Origin: a marine bacterium AO1-C
GTDB taxonomy: Bacteria; Bacteroidota; Bacteroidia; Cytophagales; Microscillaceae
Direction: 5' to 3'
NCBI GenBank assembly: GCA_001890965.1
Contig: MLAY01000008.1
Coordinates: 424,341-488,340, forward strand
Length of the DNA stretch: 64,000 nt
Below are positions 10,433-20,373 of this stretch, piece after piece; the first letter of the stretch is position 1, and each line of letters starts with the position of its first letter. The notes below the pieces were generated by a model that was not told where the DNA came from, searched no databases, and saw nothing but the letters and a program-made list of their open reading frames with translations. The position numbers and the translations under genes were made by a program.

Positions 10433-12451
10433 TTAGAGAGCCACTTGTAGCCCTACCAGATAAAACGCAGGCACTTGATCGGCAAATACAAACTCAGGGC
10501 TTATACTGTTCAAGGCATTTCTTACATTCAGGAAAATACTATTTTCTTTCCACACTTTATAAGATAGCTTGAAGTTTAGCAGTGTTTTGGCGGGAATAGT
10601 AAGCGCTTGATATTGAGTATCGATGGTGTAGTTTTCGTAAAAATAAAGTTGAGTGTTTAGATTTAACCTTCCAAGCAAACCTTCATAGTTAAGTTGTAAC
10701 CCACCATAAAACTGGGGTGTACTGCCAAACCCATCCTGACTCAAGTCATTAAGCATTTGCCCTGACCTTTGCAATGTAACAAAACCTCTCACCTCTAGCT
10801 TACTCCAGCGCACACTTACCTCTGAAGACAAGCCTGCTTGCGCAAAATTGAACACATTTCTTGCAGACGTAGTGCTATCAGTAAATGCAGTATATCGGTA
10901 AGCACCCTGGTTAAGAAATAACGACAACGAGGCATTGATTCTGGATTGTATCTTAGTACTCCAGCCCAGTTCTATTGTACTTGCATTATTGGGTGCAGCG
11001 TCGGGTACAATCGTGTGTTGGACGTTTTGCCGAAACCGCCGAAATAACGCAGGGGCCTCATTGTATACATAACTTCCCCTGATTAAGTGCGAAGATATTT
11101 TGTAGGTACTACTTAGTTGATAAGACAGAAAAGGCCGTTCTGACTGAGCAAAGACATCACCTCTTGCTGAGGCCATCACCCGTAATTGAGGTATTGGATT
11201 TAAGTTAGCTTTTAAAAAAACATAGTAGTTGGTAAAACTTTCGCTGGGTGTAGGTACTTGATTTGATATGTGGTTGCTTTGTAATAAACCTATTCCTGGT
11301 TGAAAATCGACCTTTCTAAAACGAAACTTATAATCAGCCATTGCCTGCAAATGATTGAGCGAAAACTGGTTTCCTGCATACCCTTGGGCATAATCCCGCT
11401 CGCCAACCTGGTACGATGCTGTCACATGTAGCTTATCGACAAATAGATTTACGTTGGCAGTCAAGGTATTGGTAGTCCGTTGTGCCAATGCCAAAGTATC
11501 ATCGGTTTGAATGGTTTGAGCAAAGGTTTGTTGGTAAGATACCCTGGTATGTACCACTACTTTGTTACTAAACGCATAAGAAGTAAAAGCATTTACCCCA
11601 AAACGTTCCTGTGCTTTTTTGGTGTTAAGATTGGTCTCAAAAGCATTGTATTTAAAAGTCAGCAACGAGTCACTGGGTAGCAAACGATTTTCTAATAGTA
11701 AATAATAGTCGTCCTGAAAGCGTTTCAAAAAATAATAATGCCCCGAAAGCCTAAAACGAAACTTATCGCCAATACCTCCACTCACCGAGCCTTGATGAAG
11801 GTAAGACACATCCTGCCCTCCCCCATTCTGAATATTAAATGCGGTAGCACCTGTTTGGCTTTGTAAAGCAAATTTTAGGTTTTGTGCTTGCGCTTGTTTG
11901 GTAAAAATATGAACAACTCCACCAATGGCTGCATTGCCATAAAATATCCCTGAAGGTGTTTTAATCACTTCAATACGTTCTATATCGTGAATAGTGACGG
12001 GGAGAGTTTCCCATATAATGCCTGCAAACAAATAATCGTATTGGGGCACATGATCAATCACTACCAATAACTGCGTATTTTTGGTATCGTGTAGTAAACC
12101 ACTAGTAGTGGTATTGTTTTGCCGCAAAAACACCTCATAGTTTCCGTTGGTTTTTTGGGTAACCCATACCCCTGGTACCAAGCGCAATGCTTCTGGAATA
12201 TTCAATGCCCCACTTTGTTCAATCATTTGTTGATTGATCACCGTAGCAGATACTGGAGCAGACAGGTAGTCTTCCAAGCTTTTAGAAGCTGAATAAATCT
12301 GGGGGCGTTTGGCTTTCTTAGGCTGGAGGCTGAGCACGTCTTCTTTTACCGTAAATTGCAAAAACGCCTCACTGCTGTCTGGGGGTGTTTGTGCCACCGA
12401 TTGGCAAATAATGCCTATGCAAACAAAGAAAATGATGATGTATTTTGTCAT
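10433..12451 (-). CDS. TonB-dependent outer-membrane receptor
   Basis: Signal peptide, plug and barrel blocks; 672 aa. Confidence 0.8.
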   Translation of the reverse strand: MTKYIIIFFVCIGIICQSVAQTPPDSSEAFLQFTVKEDVLSLQPKKAKRPQIYSASKSLEDYLSAPVSATVINQQMIEQSGALNIPEALRLVPGVWVTQKTNGNYEVFLRQNNTTTSGLLHDTKNTQLLVVIDHVPQYDYLFAGIIWETLPVTIHDIERIEVIKTPSGIFYGNAAIGGVVHIFTKQAQAQNLKFALQSQTGATAFNIQNGGGQDVSYLHQGSVSGGIGDKFRFRLSGHYYFLKRFQDDYYLLLENRLLPSDSLLTFKYNAFETNLNTKKAQERFGVNAFTSYAFSNKVVVHTRVSYQQTFAQTIQTDDTLALAQRTTNTLTANVNLFVDKLHVTASYQVGERDYAQGYAGNQFSLNHLQAMADYKFRFRKVDFQPGIGLLQSNHISNQVPTPSESFTNYYVFLKANLNPIPQLRVMASARGDVFAQSERPFLSYQLSSTYKISSHLIRGSYVYNEAPALFRRFRQNVQHTIVPDAAPNNASTIELGWSTKIQSRINASLSLFLNQGAYRYTAFTDSTTSARNVFNFAQAGLSSEVSVRWSKLEVRGFVTLQRSGQMLNDLSQDGFGSTPQFYGGLQLNYEGLLGRLNLNTQLYFYENYTIDTQYQALTIPAKTLLNFKLSYKVWKENSIFLNVRNALNSISPEFVFADQVPAFYLVGLQVAL

Positions 12452-12471
12452 TAATATGTGCCCTTCAAATA

Positions 12472-14706
12472 CTAAAAACCACAGCCTGTAAATGTATATT
12501 CTGCTTTAAATATTCCACTCTGTTGAGTGGCTACATCTTTACTATTGAAACTGAAAAGAAACACCACCAGAGGTATAGTAGAAGCAGGTATTTCTTCGCT
12601 TACAATATTGTGAATGGGCATAAAACCCCGCCCTGCTGTTGGGTCACCAGTACCTATATTCGTTCGCCATAAATCACGATTGGTACCTATGAAAAAGCAA
12701 ATATCGGGATCAAAAATAGCCAATGGACTCAGTTTATCATCAAACTCATACCGCCTGAACAAAGTATTGTTTTTATCGGTCACATCCAGCATATTACCAT
12801 TATAGGTATAAGTAAATTTTTCGGTAAGCGTAGCTCGGGTAGCATCTGGATGAATACTCCAGGTGGCTCGTTGCTTTTGGGCATTGTATTCAAAATACCA
12901 ATATTCTCTGGTGGTACCATTGGTATTGACAAGGGTAATAGATTCTAATACGCCATTGGTGTATAAATAATTGCAAGTATATACCAATACACTGCTTTGA
13001 TAAACGCCTACACTCTTAATCGCATTGTTGGCCTCATAGTTTACTCTAAACTCTAAGTCTCGCCCAGCGGTAACCATTGTTGCCAAACGGTTTTGGGCAT
13101 CATAGGTATAGCGCTGGCTGTTTCGGCTATCATTCGTATTATCAATCAATTTGATTTCTTCCAGCCTACAAGTAGCACTAATACAGGCATTTACAGTAAT
13201 AGTATTAGAATTAGCCGATTCCTTGGTCAGTCTCTTGGCACGTAAACGGTAATAATAGGTGGTTTTAAAATCAAGTCCTGTCACATCTCTGGAAGTACCT
13301 GCAACCTCTAGTGCCTGGTACCCTTGCACAAAATTAGTGAAATTGGCATCGGTGGCTACATCGAGTAAATACAAGCTAATATTAGCTTGGGCCTGCCAAT
13401 TGGCAGTAAACGAAAACGCTTTTTGATTAGTAGCCGCATCGGCGGTAGGAGTAGCCAACAAGTTGGTTGTTAGTTGTACCACATTCGAAAAATCAGAAGT
13501 AGCGTTGAGGCCTTGAGCTCTCACCCGATAATAATAAGTAGTACTGGCTTCTACTGGTTGCACTTGAGCAGTATTGCCCACTACTACCACTCCATTATAT
13601 CCTGTAAGTACTCTTGTAAATTGAGCATCTAATGCCACATCCAACAAATAGGCAGAGGCATTGGGCACATCCCCCCAATTGGCCTGAAAACTCCCACTTT
13701 GTACCAAGGTAGCCGCATTGGCCACAGGAGGAGCAAGATTGGCGGTAGTAACCGTAATCACGTTGGAATTATTAGAAGTAGATTCTGCATTTACAGCTCT
13801 TATTCGGTAAAAATAGGCAGCATTCGCATCCAGATTGGGTACTACCAAACTATTGGTGTTTATGGAGAGATCATCATAACCCGCAAGCTTGTTGGTAAAC
13901 AAAGCATCGGTAGCCACATCTACCCGATACGAAAGTGCTTCGGGCATTGCCTGCCAATTGGCTACAAAGCTCGTAAGTTGTATGTTGGTAGCTGCCAGAG
14001 CCACTGGCTGAGGTAAGGTGCTGGTGGACACCATTTCCACATTAGAATATTCAGAAAACGAGTTGGATTGTTTTATCTTAATTCTATAAAAGTATTGTTT
14101 GTTTACTGTTACATTACTTACCAAAAAGGAAGTATCACTGGGAGGAATCTCAACATTGCTCAGGTTATCTACCAAATTGCTAAATCGTTCGTCAAATGCT
14201 ACATCGAGATAGTAAAATGAGACAATGGGCATTTTTTTCCAATGTATTCTAAAGCCAGTAGCACTCACCTCAGTTGCTGGAAATACAATTGGCATCTCTA
14301 GCGCCTTGGTAGTTACTTCTATTACATTAGAGTTTTTGGAAATCTGATTGGAGATTTTGGCGCGTACCCGATAAAAATAAACCGTATTGGCTTCTAAACC
14401 GTTGACTACTAACTCAGTAGCTTCGACTTGCCTATTTTGATAGTTGGCTACAATTTGGGTAAACTCTTGGTCAAGCGCTACATCTACCTCATAGTTAGAA
14501 GCTCCTCTTACTTCACTCCATTGAGCACTAAAGCCTACGGCAGTCACCTGATTAGCAGTCTGCGCTTTGGGTAAAGGTAATATGAACTCTTTTTCAAACG
14601 ATTTGCAACCTGTAACCCAATAGATAAGAATAATAATAAATGTTTCTTTTCTGATAATGTTTGTCATTATGCCTAATTGATTCATCACAAGTTCATTTTT
14701 AGACAT
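12472..14706 (-). CDS. Cell-surface lipoprotein with about 6 tandem fibronectin type-III-like repeats and a C-terminal beta-rich domain
   Basis: About 95-aa repeats: SFxAxWxxxxxAxxYxLDVAxDxxF....YYRVRA. Confidence 0.7.
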   Translation of the reverse strand: MSKNELVMNQLGIMTNIIRKETFIIILIYWVTGCKSFEKEFILPLPKAQTANQVTAVGFSAQWSEVRGASNYEVDVALDQEFTQIVANYQNRQVEATELVVNGLEANTVYFYRVRAKISNQISKNSNVIEVTTKALEMPIVFPATEVSATGFRIHWKKMPIVSFYYLDVAFDERFSNLVDNLSNVEIPPSDTSFLVSNVTVNKQYFYRIKIKQSNSFSEYSNVEMVSTSTLPQPVALAATNIQLTSFVANWQAMPEALSYRVDVATDALFTNKLAGYDDLSINTNSLVVPNLDANAAYFYRIRAVNAESTSNNSNVITVTTANLAPPVANAATLVQSGSFQANWGDVPNASAYLLDVALDAQFTRVLTGYNGVVVVGNTAQVQPVEASTTYYYRVRAQGLNATSDFSNVVQLTTNLLATPTADAATNQKAFSFTANWQAQANISLYLLDVATDANFTNFVQGYQALEVAGTSRDVTGLDFKTTYYYRLRAKRLTKESANSNTITVNACISATCRLEEIKLIDNTNDSRNSQRYTYDAQNRLATMVTAGRDLEFRVNYEANNAIKSVGVYQSSVLVYTCNYLYTNGVLESITLVNTNGTTREYWYFEYNAQKQRATWSIHPDATRATLTEKFTYTYNGNMLDVTDKNNTLFRRYEFDDKLSPLAIFDPDICFFIGTNRDLWRTNIGTGDPTAGRGFMPIHNIVSEEIPASTIPLVVFLFSFNSKDVATQQSGIFKAEYTFTGCGF

Positions 14707-14840
14707 TATTTAAGCTTAAAATGGCAGGAACAATATGGTTGGTCGATGATAAAAATAATTGATCAATATAGCGGGGCTAGTTTAAATCAAACCACGCCCA
14801 CTCAATTTACTATTTTATATGATAGAAAGGATATTTGTAA

Positions 14841-14863
14841 ACATAGACAAAACATAGACAGGG
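14841..14863 (-). promoter_or_regulatory. Direct-repeat motif TGTCTATGTTTTGTCTATG about 135 bp upstream of the FN3-repeat gene
   Basis: The plus strand reads acatagacaaaacatagacaggg. Confidence 0.45.
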
Positions 14864-15067
14864 CAAATTTATAACGAATCTATATTTTACAACATAAATC
14901 ATTCGTGTATTCAAAATGTTTCCAATGCTTACACTTTTTTAAAGCTCATAAACAAAACAATCTACTAAAGGCAAAGAATTTCAATTAGATTTCGGATAAG
15001 TTGTACAGGATACATATAAAAAACCACCCCAAAAGCCTGGGATGGTTTGCATCTTTATGGTTAATAA

Positions 15068-15105
15068 ACTAAAAACTCGCCTCGACAACAAAAGTCGAGA
15101 CGAGT
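15068..15105 (-). terminator. Rho-independent terminator of esterase paralog 1
   Basis: actcgcctcgac...gtcgagacgagt hairpin with a T-run on the minus strand. Confidence 0.6.
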
Positions 15106-15180
15106 TCAATAATTACCACTTCTCCTAAGTATGATAATCAAGGGTTAAGTATGCGAAGGTGGAAGTAATCGTGATGGATT

Positions 15181-16227
15181 TTATTGATTCATTTTCCTCA
15201 AAATAAATTGTAAAATACTCTCTCCATTAGAGTTGTCCATATTCATCTGAGGGATAACTGCTACGCAGGCCAGACCTGCTTCATTGGCTTTTTCATAAAT
15301 AGCATTGGCATGTAATGGGTGGTGTAATACCGCGCCCTTATGTTCAGGAAACCTATAAGGTGAAGATGATTTGGTGACATAAATCTCAGGATCATTGCTA
15401 TCCATCATGCTTAACATATCTACGGCTTGACGATATGAATCTATTTCGGGAGAATCTAGCTCTTCCATAGAAGACAAGCCGTAAAACTTTAACAAAGTCC
15501 CTTCTCCAACCAGGCTTATAATTGTATCCTGGCTCATTCCTTCGCTTTCATATGTTGAAAAAACAGTGGTATGCCAATTTACCACATCATAAGTAGACTG
15601 GGTATTGGTGGCTATGATGCCTTTCACTTTTGTTGACTCCTTCAGAAACTCATATTGCCCATTTTCATTGGCAAAATCGTCCTGCAACCCAATCCAAAGG
15701 CTGGTTCCTGCTCCTGCCGAACCTCCCATCAGGATAATTTTTTCCTTATCGATATTAAAATCATTGGCATAATATCGAATCACCTGTAGAGCCCTTCTGG
15801 AATCATTCAGGCACTTACGTACCCCTATAGTTTCATTTTCTTCCAATAGACGATAGTTAATCGAGGCAAAGGCTATTTTATTAGCCAGCAGCGAATTGAT
15901 CAATGCTTCCTCTTTTGTGTAAGCTTTTGTTTTATCTCCACTGGTAAAACCTCCCCCATGAATATAGATTACTAATGGAGTAGGCTGGCTAGAAACAGGT
16001 GCCAGAAAGTCAAACTTATGTCTTTCGTCAAAACCATAGGGTATGTCTTCATAAAATGCGGCTTCAGCCGAGGTGTTAACTGGCAAGCTCGCTGTAGGTA
16101 TGAGTTCTAAAGAACCTTGGATAGGAAGATTGTAAGGATCTAATCTGTCAAGCAGGTGTTCATTGTTGGTACATGCAGCAAAAAACGAAATCACGAATAG
16201 TATACATAATGCCTTTTTCATATTCAA
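15181..16227 (-). CDS. Alpha/beta-hydrolase (HSL-family, HGGG motif) esterase/lipase lipoprotein, paralog 1
   Basis: IYIHGGGFTSGDK oxyanion motif; MGGSAGAG nucleophile elbow. Confidence 0.75.
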   Translation of the reverse strand: MNMKKALCILFVISFFAACTNNEHLLDRLDPYNLPIQGSLELIPTASLPVNTSAEAAFYEDIPYGFDERHKFDFLAPVSSQPTPLVIYIHGGGFTSGDKTKAYTKEEALINSLLANKIAFASINYRLLEENETIGVRKCLNDSRRALQVIRYYANDFNIDKEKIILMGGSAGAGTSLWIGLQDDFANENGQYEFLKESTKVKGIIATNTQSTYDVVNWHTTVFSTYESEGMSQDTIISLVGEGTLLKFYGLSSMEELDSPEIDSYRQAVDMLSMMDSNDPEIYVTKSSSPYRFPEHKGAVLHHPLHANAIYEKANEAGLACVAVIPQMNMDNSNGESILQFILRKMNQ

Positions 16228-16365
16228 ATAGTGATTAAAACTGAAACGTATAAATTGTATAATTTAAAGCGAATAAGTGCTCAAAACCTTTTTAAAACAC
16301 AGGTTCATTGCACATTTAACACATATACAATTTACGATTCTTGTTAGGCATCAGAAAGTTTTCCA

Positions 16366-16397
16366 CATAGACAAAATATGTACAATTCAAATTTCTC
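16366..16397 (-). promoter_or_regulatory. Conserved upstream element (catagacaaaatatgtacaa..caaatttctc) about 140 bp upstream of esterase paralog 1
   Basis: Near-identical copy at 18971..19002. Confidence 0.45.
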
Positions 16398-16550
16398 TTT
16401 GAATATTTTAAAGGCCTGCAGTGATCAATATTGATCGGGTATTAGAACTCATCTCGACTTCATATTCTAAAAAGCAAAAACTCGCCCTGACAGTAAAAAG
16501 TCAAAACGAGTTCATTAAACATAAAATGGTACTATGCTATACTCAAGGTA

Positions 16551-17576
16551 TTAGTTACCTATTTTCCTTAAAACAAAATTGGTAATGCTTTCTCCGTTAG
16601 AATTATCGATGTTCATTTGTGGGATAATAGCCACACAAGCCACTCCTGTTGCGCTGGCTTTATCCATCAACACTTTGGCATGTAACGGATGGTGTAATAC
16701 TGCACTTTTATCGGCTGGAAATCGGTAAGGAGCACCTGGTCTTGATACGTAGATTTCAGGATCATCGCCAGACATCAGGCTTAGCATATCTGCATCCATT
16801 CTTTTTTGTACCACTGTAGGCGAAGTGAGTTCGCTTAAAGAAGACATTCCATAAAATTGCAACACTGTTCCCTCCTCTACCAAGCTCACCACAGTGTCTT
16901 GATCCATACCTTGTGATGCGTATTCTGAAAATACGGTAGTATGCCAATCTGCCACGTCATAAGTAGACTGGGTATTCACCGCAATAATTCCTTGTACTCT
17001 TGTAGATTCTTTCAATATATCATCGGTAGCATTCGCATCGGCCAATTCATTGTTCAAACCAATCCACAAACTGGTTCCCGCTCCAGCAGAACTACCCATT
17101 AATACCACTTTATTTTTATCAATATTAAAAGAGCTGGCATAATACCTTATAAACTGAAGCGCTGTTTTAGAGTCATTCAAAGGCTTAAGTACTCCTTCGG
17201 TTTCGCTTGCCCCCTGTAATAAGCGATAATTTATCGTAGCGAAAGCAATGTTGTTAGACAAAAACGAATTGATTAAAGCTTCTTCATTATATATATCTTC
17301 TTTGTTGCCTGCAGTAAAGCCACCTCCGTGAATATAAATTACTAATGGAGTTGCCTGTGAAGACTCTGGGGCAAAAAAATCAAACACGTTTCTATTGTCT
17401 GAACCATAAGATACGTCCTTGTAAAAATTTACTTGTGCCGTAGTAGTAATGGGCGATTGAGACGCTGTAAGTGCTAGAGTAGGCACCTCGTTTTGAGGAG
17501 TAGGATCATCTCCTTCATTGTTATTACAGGAGGCAAAAAATAAAATAATAGCAAGTAAGTATACAGCGTTTTTCAT
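16551..17576 (-). CDS. Alpha/beta-hydrolase (HSL-family) esterase/lipase lipoprotein, paralog 2
   Basis: Same motifs; likely start at MKNAVYLL (17576). Confidence 0.75.
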   Translation of the reverse strand: MKNAVYLLAIILFFASCNNNEGDDPTPQNEVPTLALTASQSPITTTAQVNFYKDVSYGSDNRNVFDFFAPESSQATPLVIYIHGGGFTAGNKEDIYNEEALINSFLSNNIAFATINYRLLQGASETEGVLKPLNDSKTALQFIRYYASSFNIDKNKVVLMGSSAGAGTSLWIGLNNELADANATDDILKESTRVQGIIAVNTQSTYDVADWHTTVFSEYASQGMDQDTVVSLVEEGTVLQFYGMSSLSELTSPTVVQKRMDADMLSLMSGDDPEIYVSRPGAPYRFPADKSAVLHHPLHAKVLMDKASATGVACVAIIPQMNIDNSNGESITNFVLRKIGN

Positions 17577-17820
17577 AACCTGATGATTGTAAAAATTGAA
17601 AATAATTCCCCTCAACATTCGTAGTATTTTGGTAAAAAACTCTTATCTATATGAAGTCGAGATGACTCCTATTTTTAAAAACATATTTTGAATACAATAG
17701 TTTATGTATAGCAATACACGATGACCAGAAAAGCTATGTTAAAACAACATACAAGCAAAAATGTAGATATTTATAAAGGGGGCTTGTTGCGTTCCTGAAT
17801 AAGTGCAACAATTACCATTT

Positions 17821-18840
17821 TTAATTGCCTATCTTTCTTACAATAAAGGCCTCAATACTTTCTCCGTTAGAATTATCGATGTTCATCTGTGGAATTACCG
17901 CTACACAAGTAATCCCTCTTTCGCTGGCTTTATCCATCAATGCTTTGGCATGCAATGGGTGGTGCAATACCGATCCATAACTTGGAGGGAATAAATACGG
18001 CCCGCGATTGTTTACATAAATCTCAGGATCATCACTCGTCATTACATTGAACATATCTACTCTTTGTCGGTATTGGTCTGTTTCGGGGGTATTGATCTGT
18101 TCCACAGAAGACAAGCCATAAAATGTCAAAAACGTTGATTCTCCTGCCATATCCATAATAAATTCATCACTCATGCCTTGGCCTTGGTATTCCGAAAACA
18201 CCGCAGTATCCCAGGATAGCACATCATAAGTAGATTGCGTATTGGTAGCAATAATCGCCTGTACTCTGGTTGACTCTCTCTGAATCTCATCGGTCGCATT
18301 AGGATCAGCCAAATCATTATTTAACCCAATCCAAAGACTGGTTCCTGCTCCAGCAGAACCACCCATTAAGGCTACTTTGTTTTTATCAATATTGAAAGCA
18401 CTGGCATAATATCTTATGAACTGAAGCGCAGTTTTAGAGTCGTTCAAAGATTTTATTACTCCTTCAGTTTCGTTTTCTCCAAGCAAGCGATAATTAACCG
18501 TAGCAAAGGCAATTCCTTTATCCAATAAGGAGTTGATAAATGCCTGATCATTGTATATGGCTCTTTTGTCGCCACCAGTAAAACCACCTCCGTGGATGTA
18601 GATTAATAAAGGGGTGGGCTGGTCTGATGTAGGCGCAAAGAAGTCAAACGCATTCTTTTCGTCTGCACCATAAGATACATCCTGGTAAAATTTAACTGCT
18701 GTAGTGGTATTAAAGGGAGTATTGGATGTAGTGAGCGCTAATGTTGGCGCTTCTGACTGGGGTGTGGGTTCATCGGTTGTTTCTTGACTACAAGAAGCAA
18801 AAAATAAAATTACTGCTAGTAAATATACAGCCTTTTTCAT
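17821..18840 (-). CDS. Alpha/beta-hydrolase (HSL-family) esterase/lipase lipoprotein, paralog 3
   Basis: Same motifs; closely related to paralog 2 (N-terminal MKKAVYLLAVILFFASC). Confidence 0.75.
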   Translation of the reverse strand: MKKAVYLLAVILFFASCSQETTDEPTPQSEAPTLALTTSNTPFNTTTAVKFYQDVSYGADEKNAFDFFAPTSDQPTPLLIYIHGGGFTGGDKRAIYNDQAFINSLLDKGIAFATVNYRLLGENETEGVIKSLNDSKTALQFIRYYASAFNIDKNKVALMGGSAGAGTSLWIGLNNDLADPNATDEIQRESTRVQAIIATNTQSTYDVLSWDTAVFSEYQGQGMSDEFIMDMAGESTFLTFYGLSSVEQINTPETDQYRQRVDMFNVMTSDDPEIYVNNRGPYLFPPSYGSVLHHPLHAKALMDKASERGITCVAVIPQMNIDNSNGESIEAFIVRKIGN

Positions 18841-18970
18841 AACCTAGTGATTGTTAAAATTTGAAAATGATTCCCCCGATATTTGTAATGTTTTATTGAA
18901 AAATATTCGGGAATTCTTTAATTGAATTAATAATTTGTACGATGCTGCTCAGCGGTTGGAGAAAACAAAA

Positions 18971-19002
18971 CATAGACAAAATATGTACAAGCCAAATTTC
19001 TC
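18971..19002 (-). promoter_or_regulatory. Conserved upstream element about 130 bp upstream of esterase paralog 3
   Basis: catagacaaaatatgtacaagccaaatttctc. Confidence 0.45.
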
Positions 19003-19039
19003 CTGAAAGGGGTAAAAGTGAAGCAACCCATCATTGAAT

Positions 19040-19435
19040 TTAAGGTTTACTCATTAGCCATTTGTGGGCTTGTTCAATATCGTCGAAGTGCCTCACCTGA
19101 AAAGTTTCAACGAGTGGTTTTTGAATATTCTTAGTATAAAAACGAACAAACACATCTTTCGATACTACTAAGGCTATTCGTCTTAAGCCTGCCTTAAATG
19201 CCTTAGGTACCATTTCTTCTTTCAGCCATTTTTGATCTTCTACACTTACGACTCCCTCATTCCTCATGTCAGATAACCACTTATTGGCTCCATATTTCAA
19301 AATTATTTCATAAGCAGCATTGATCGCCTGACGATAATGGCTACTCTGCTGGTGTGTGCGCCATATTACCTCTACCAAATTCACTTGAGGGTTATAATTA
19401 ACTGCCGCAAACTCTTCGTTCAAATAGTGTATCAT
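19040..19435 (-). CDS. Hypothetical protein (131 aa)
   Basis: ORF only. Confidence 0.4.
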   Translation of the reverse strand: MIHYLNEEFAAVNYNPQVNLVEVIWRTHQQSSHYRQAINAAYEIILKYGANKWLSDMRNEGVVSVEDQKWLKEEMVPKAFKAGLRRIALVVSKDVFVRFYTKNIQKPLVETFQVRHFDDIEQAHKWLMSKP

Positions 19436-19585
19436 TGTAAAAAATATTAGTTTTTCCTGATAAAATGATGGTGGGTAAAGGACCTTAAGAACACCTTACT
19501 TGTGAAGGATTTTTAATGCTAAGCTTATCTCAAGTTACGGTCATATAACGGTTAAGGCACGGTAAATTACTGCAAAAAACAGCCT

Positions 19586-19607
19586 GTCTATGTTTTGTCT
19601 ATGTGGC
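19586..19607 (+). promoter_or_regulatory. Direct-repeat motif TGTCTATGTTTTGTCTATG
   Basis: Exact copy of the 4797/14841 motif. Confidence 0.4.
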
Positions 19608-19634
19608 GTAATGTCGGGTAAGAAAGGGGCTATT

Positions 19635-19676
19635 CATAAAAAAACCATTGCCTAACAACCTGTTAAACAATGGTTT
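19635..19676 (-). terminator. Minus-strand Rho-independent terminator at the distal end of the tRNA array
   Basis: aaaccattg...caatggttt stem followed by T7 on the minus strand. Confidence 0.6.
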
Positions 19677-19689
19677 ACATCGTAATCAA

Positions 19690-19839
19690 AAAAGGGGTAA
19701 CCAACGATCAGTGAATTAGTACTTTACCATTAAGCTACGAGGCCTTATGATTGGCTTGATCGTAAGGAGGCCCCGGTGGGAATCGAACCCACATCTCATC
19801 ATTAAAAGTGACGCGAAGTAACACTCATCTACGACACCC
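19690..19839 (-). ncRNA. Permuted/split tRNA-like unit a (Lys-like, anticodon TTT). Order on the minus strand: 26-nt leader, anticodon arm, T-arm, acceptor 3' strand CGGGGCC, 24-nt loop, acceptor 5' strand GGCCTCG, TA, D-arm, trailer
   Basis: Perfect 7-bp acceptor complementarity across the loop; canonical T-loop TTCGATT. Confidence 0.5.
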
Positions 19840-19842
19840 TTT

Positions 19843-19918
19843 TGGTTCGCCCGGTAGGATTCGAACCTACGGCCCTCTGATTAAGAGTCAGATGCTCTAC
19901 CAACTAAGCTACGAGCGA
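19843..19918 (-). tRNA. tRNA-Lys(CTT)
   Basis: Cloverleaf, anticodon loop CTCTTAA, CCA encoded. Confidence 0.85.
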
Positions 19919-19924
19919 ATTTCT

Positions 19925-20107
19925 ACAAGCAATATATCTGTAGAAAGGTTTATAAAAACAAGAGGTAACAAGCGGTAAGTGTACATAAAAACATTCTATC
20001 CAATTAAACTACAGGGGCATTATAATATATATTAGTGCCCCTGGCGGGATTCGAACCCGCACCTCATGATTTGGAGTCACGCGAAGTAACACTCACCTAC
20101 GACACTC
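19925..20107 (-). ncRNA. Permuted/split tRNA-like unit b (Trp-like, anticodon CCA). Acceptor 3' strand CAGGGGC, loop ACTAATATATATTATAAT, acceptor 5' strand GCCCCTG, D-arm. An 11-bp leader:trailer helix forms between GGTGAGTGTTAC and GTACACTTACC
   Basis: Sequence pairing read directly. Confidence 0.5.
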
Positions 20108-20109
20108 TT

Positions 20110-20185
20110 TGGTTCGTCCGGTGGGACTCGAACCCACAACCTTCCGGTTAAAAGCCGGGAACTCTACCAATTAAGCTACGAACGA
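20110..20185 (-). tRNA. tRNA-Lys(TTT)
   Basis: Anticodon loop CTTTTAA; CCA encoded. Confidence 0.85.
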
Positions 20186-20188
20186 ATG

Positions 20189-20263
20189 TGGCGGGAATGG
20201 CAGGAATCGAACCTGCGTCCGCTGTTTAACAGACAGCCGCTAGAACCACTCAGCTACACTCCC
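20189..20263 (-). tRNA. tRNA-Asn(GTT)
   Basis: Anticodon loop CTGTTAA; CCA encoded. Confidence 0.85.
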
Positions 20264-20300
20264 AAATTGTAGACCTGACCAATGCCAGGTCTATTATTTG

Positions 20301-20373
20301 CGCGGATGGAAGGAATCGAACCCTCACCTCTGGTGTTGGAGACCAGCATTCTAAAACATTGAACTACACCCGC
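20301..20373 (-). tRNA. tRNA-Trp(CCA)
   Basis: Anticodon loop CTCCAAC. Confidence 0.8.

Noticed and set aside
19762-20107. Reading the 26-nt conserved block as an ordinary 5' acceptor plus D-arm, which would make units a, b and c conventional tRNAs
   Set aside because: The block cannot pair with the 3' strand (no acceptor stem) and has no D-stem. The true complementary 5' strand and a canonical D-arm lie downstream of the loop.
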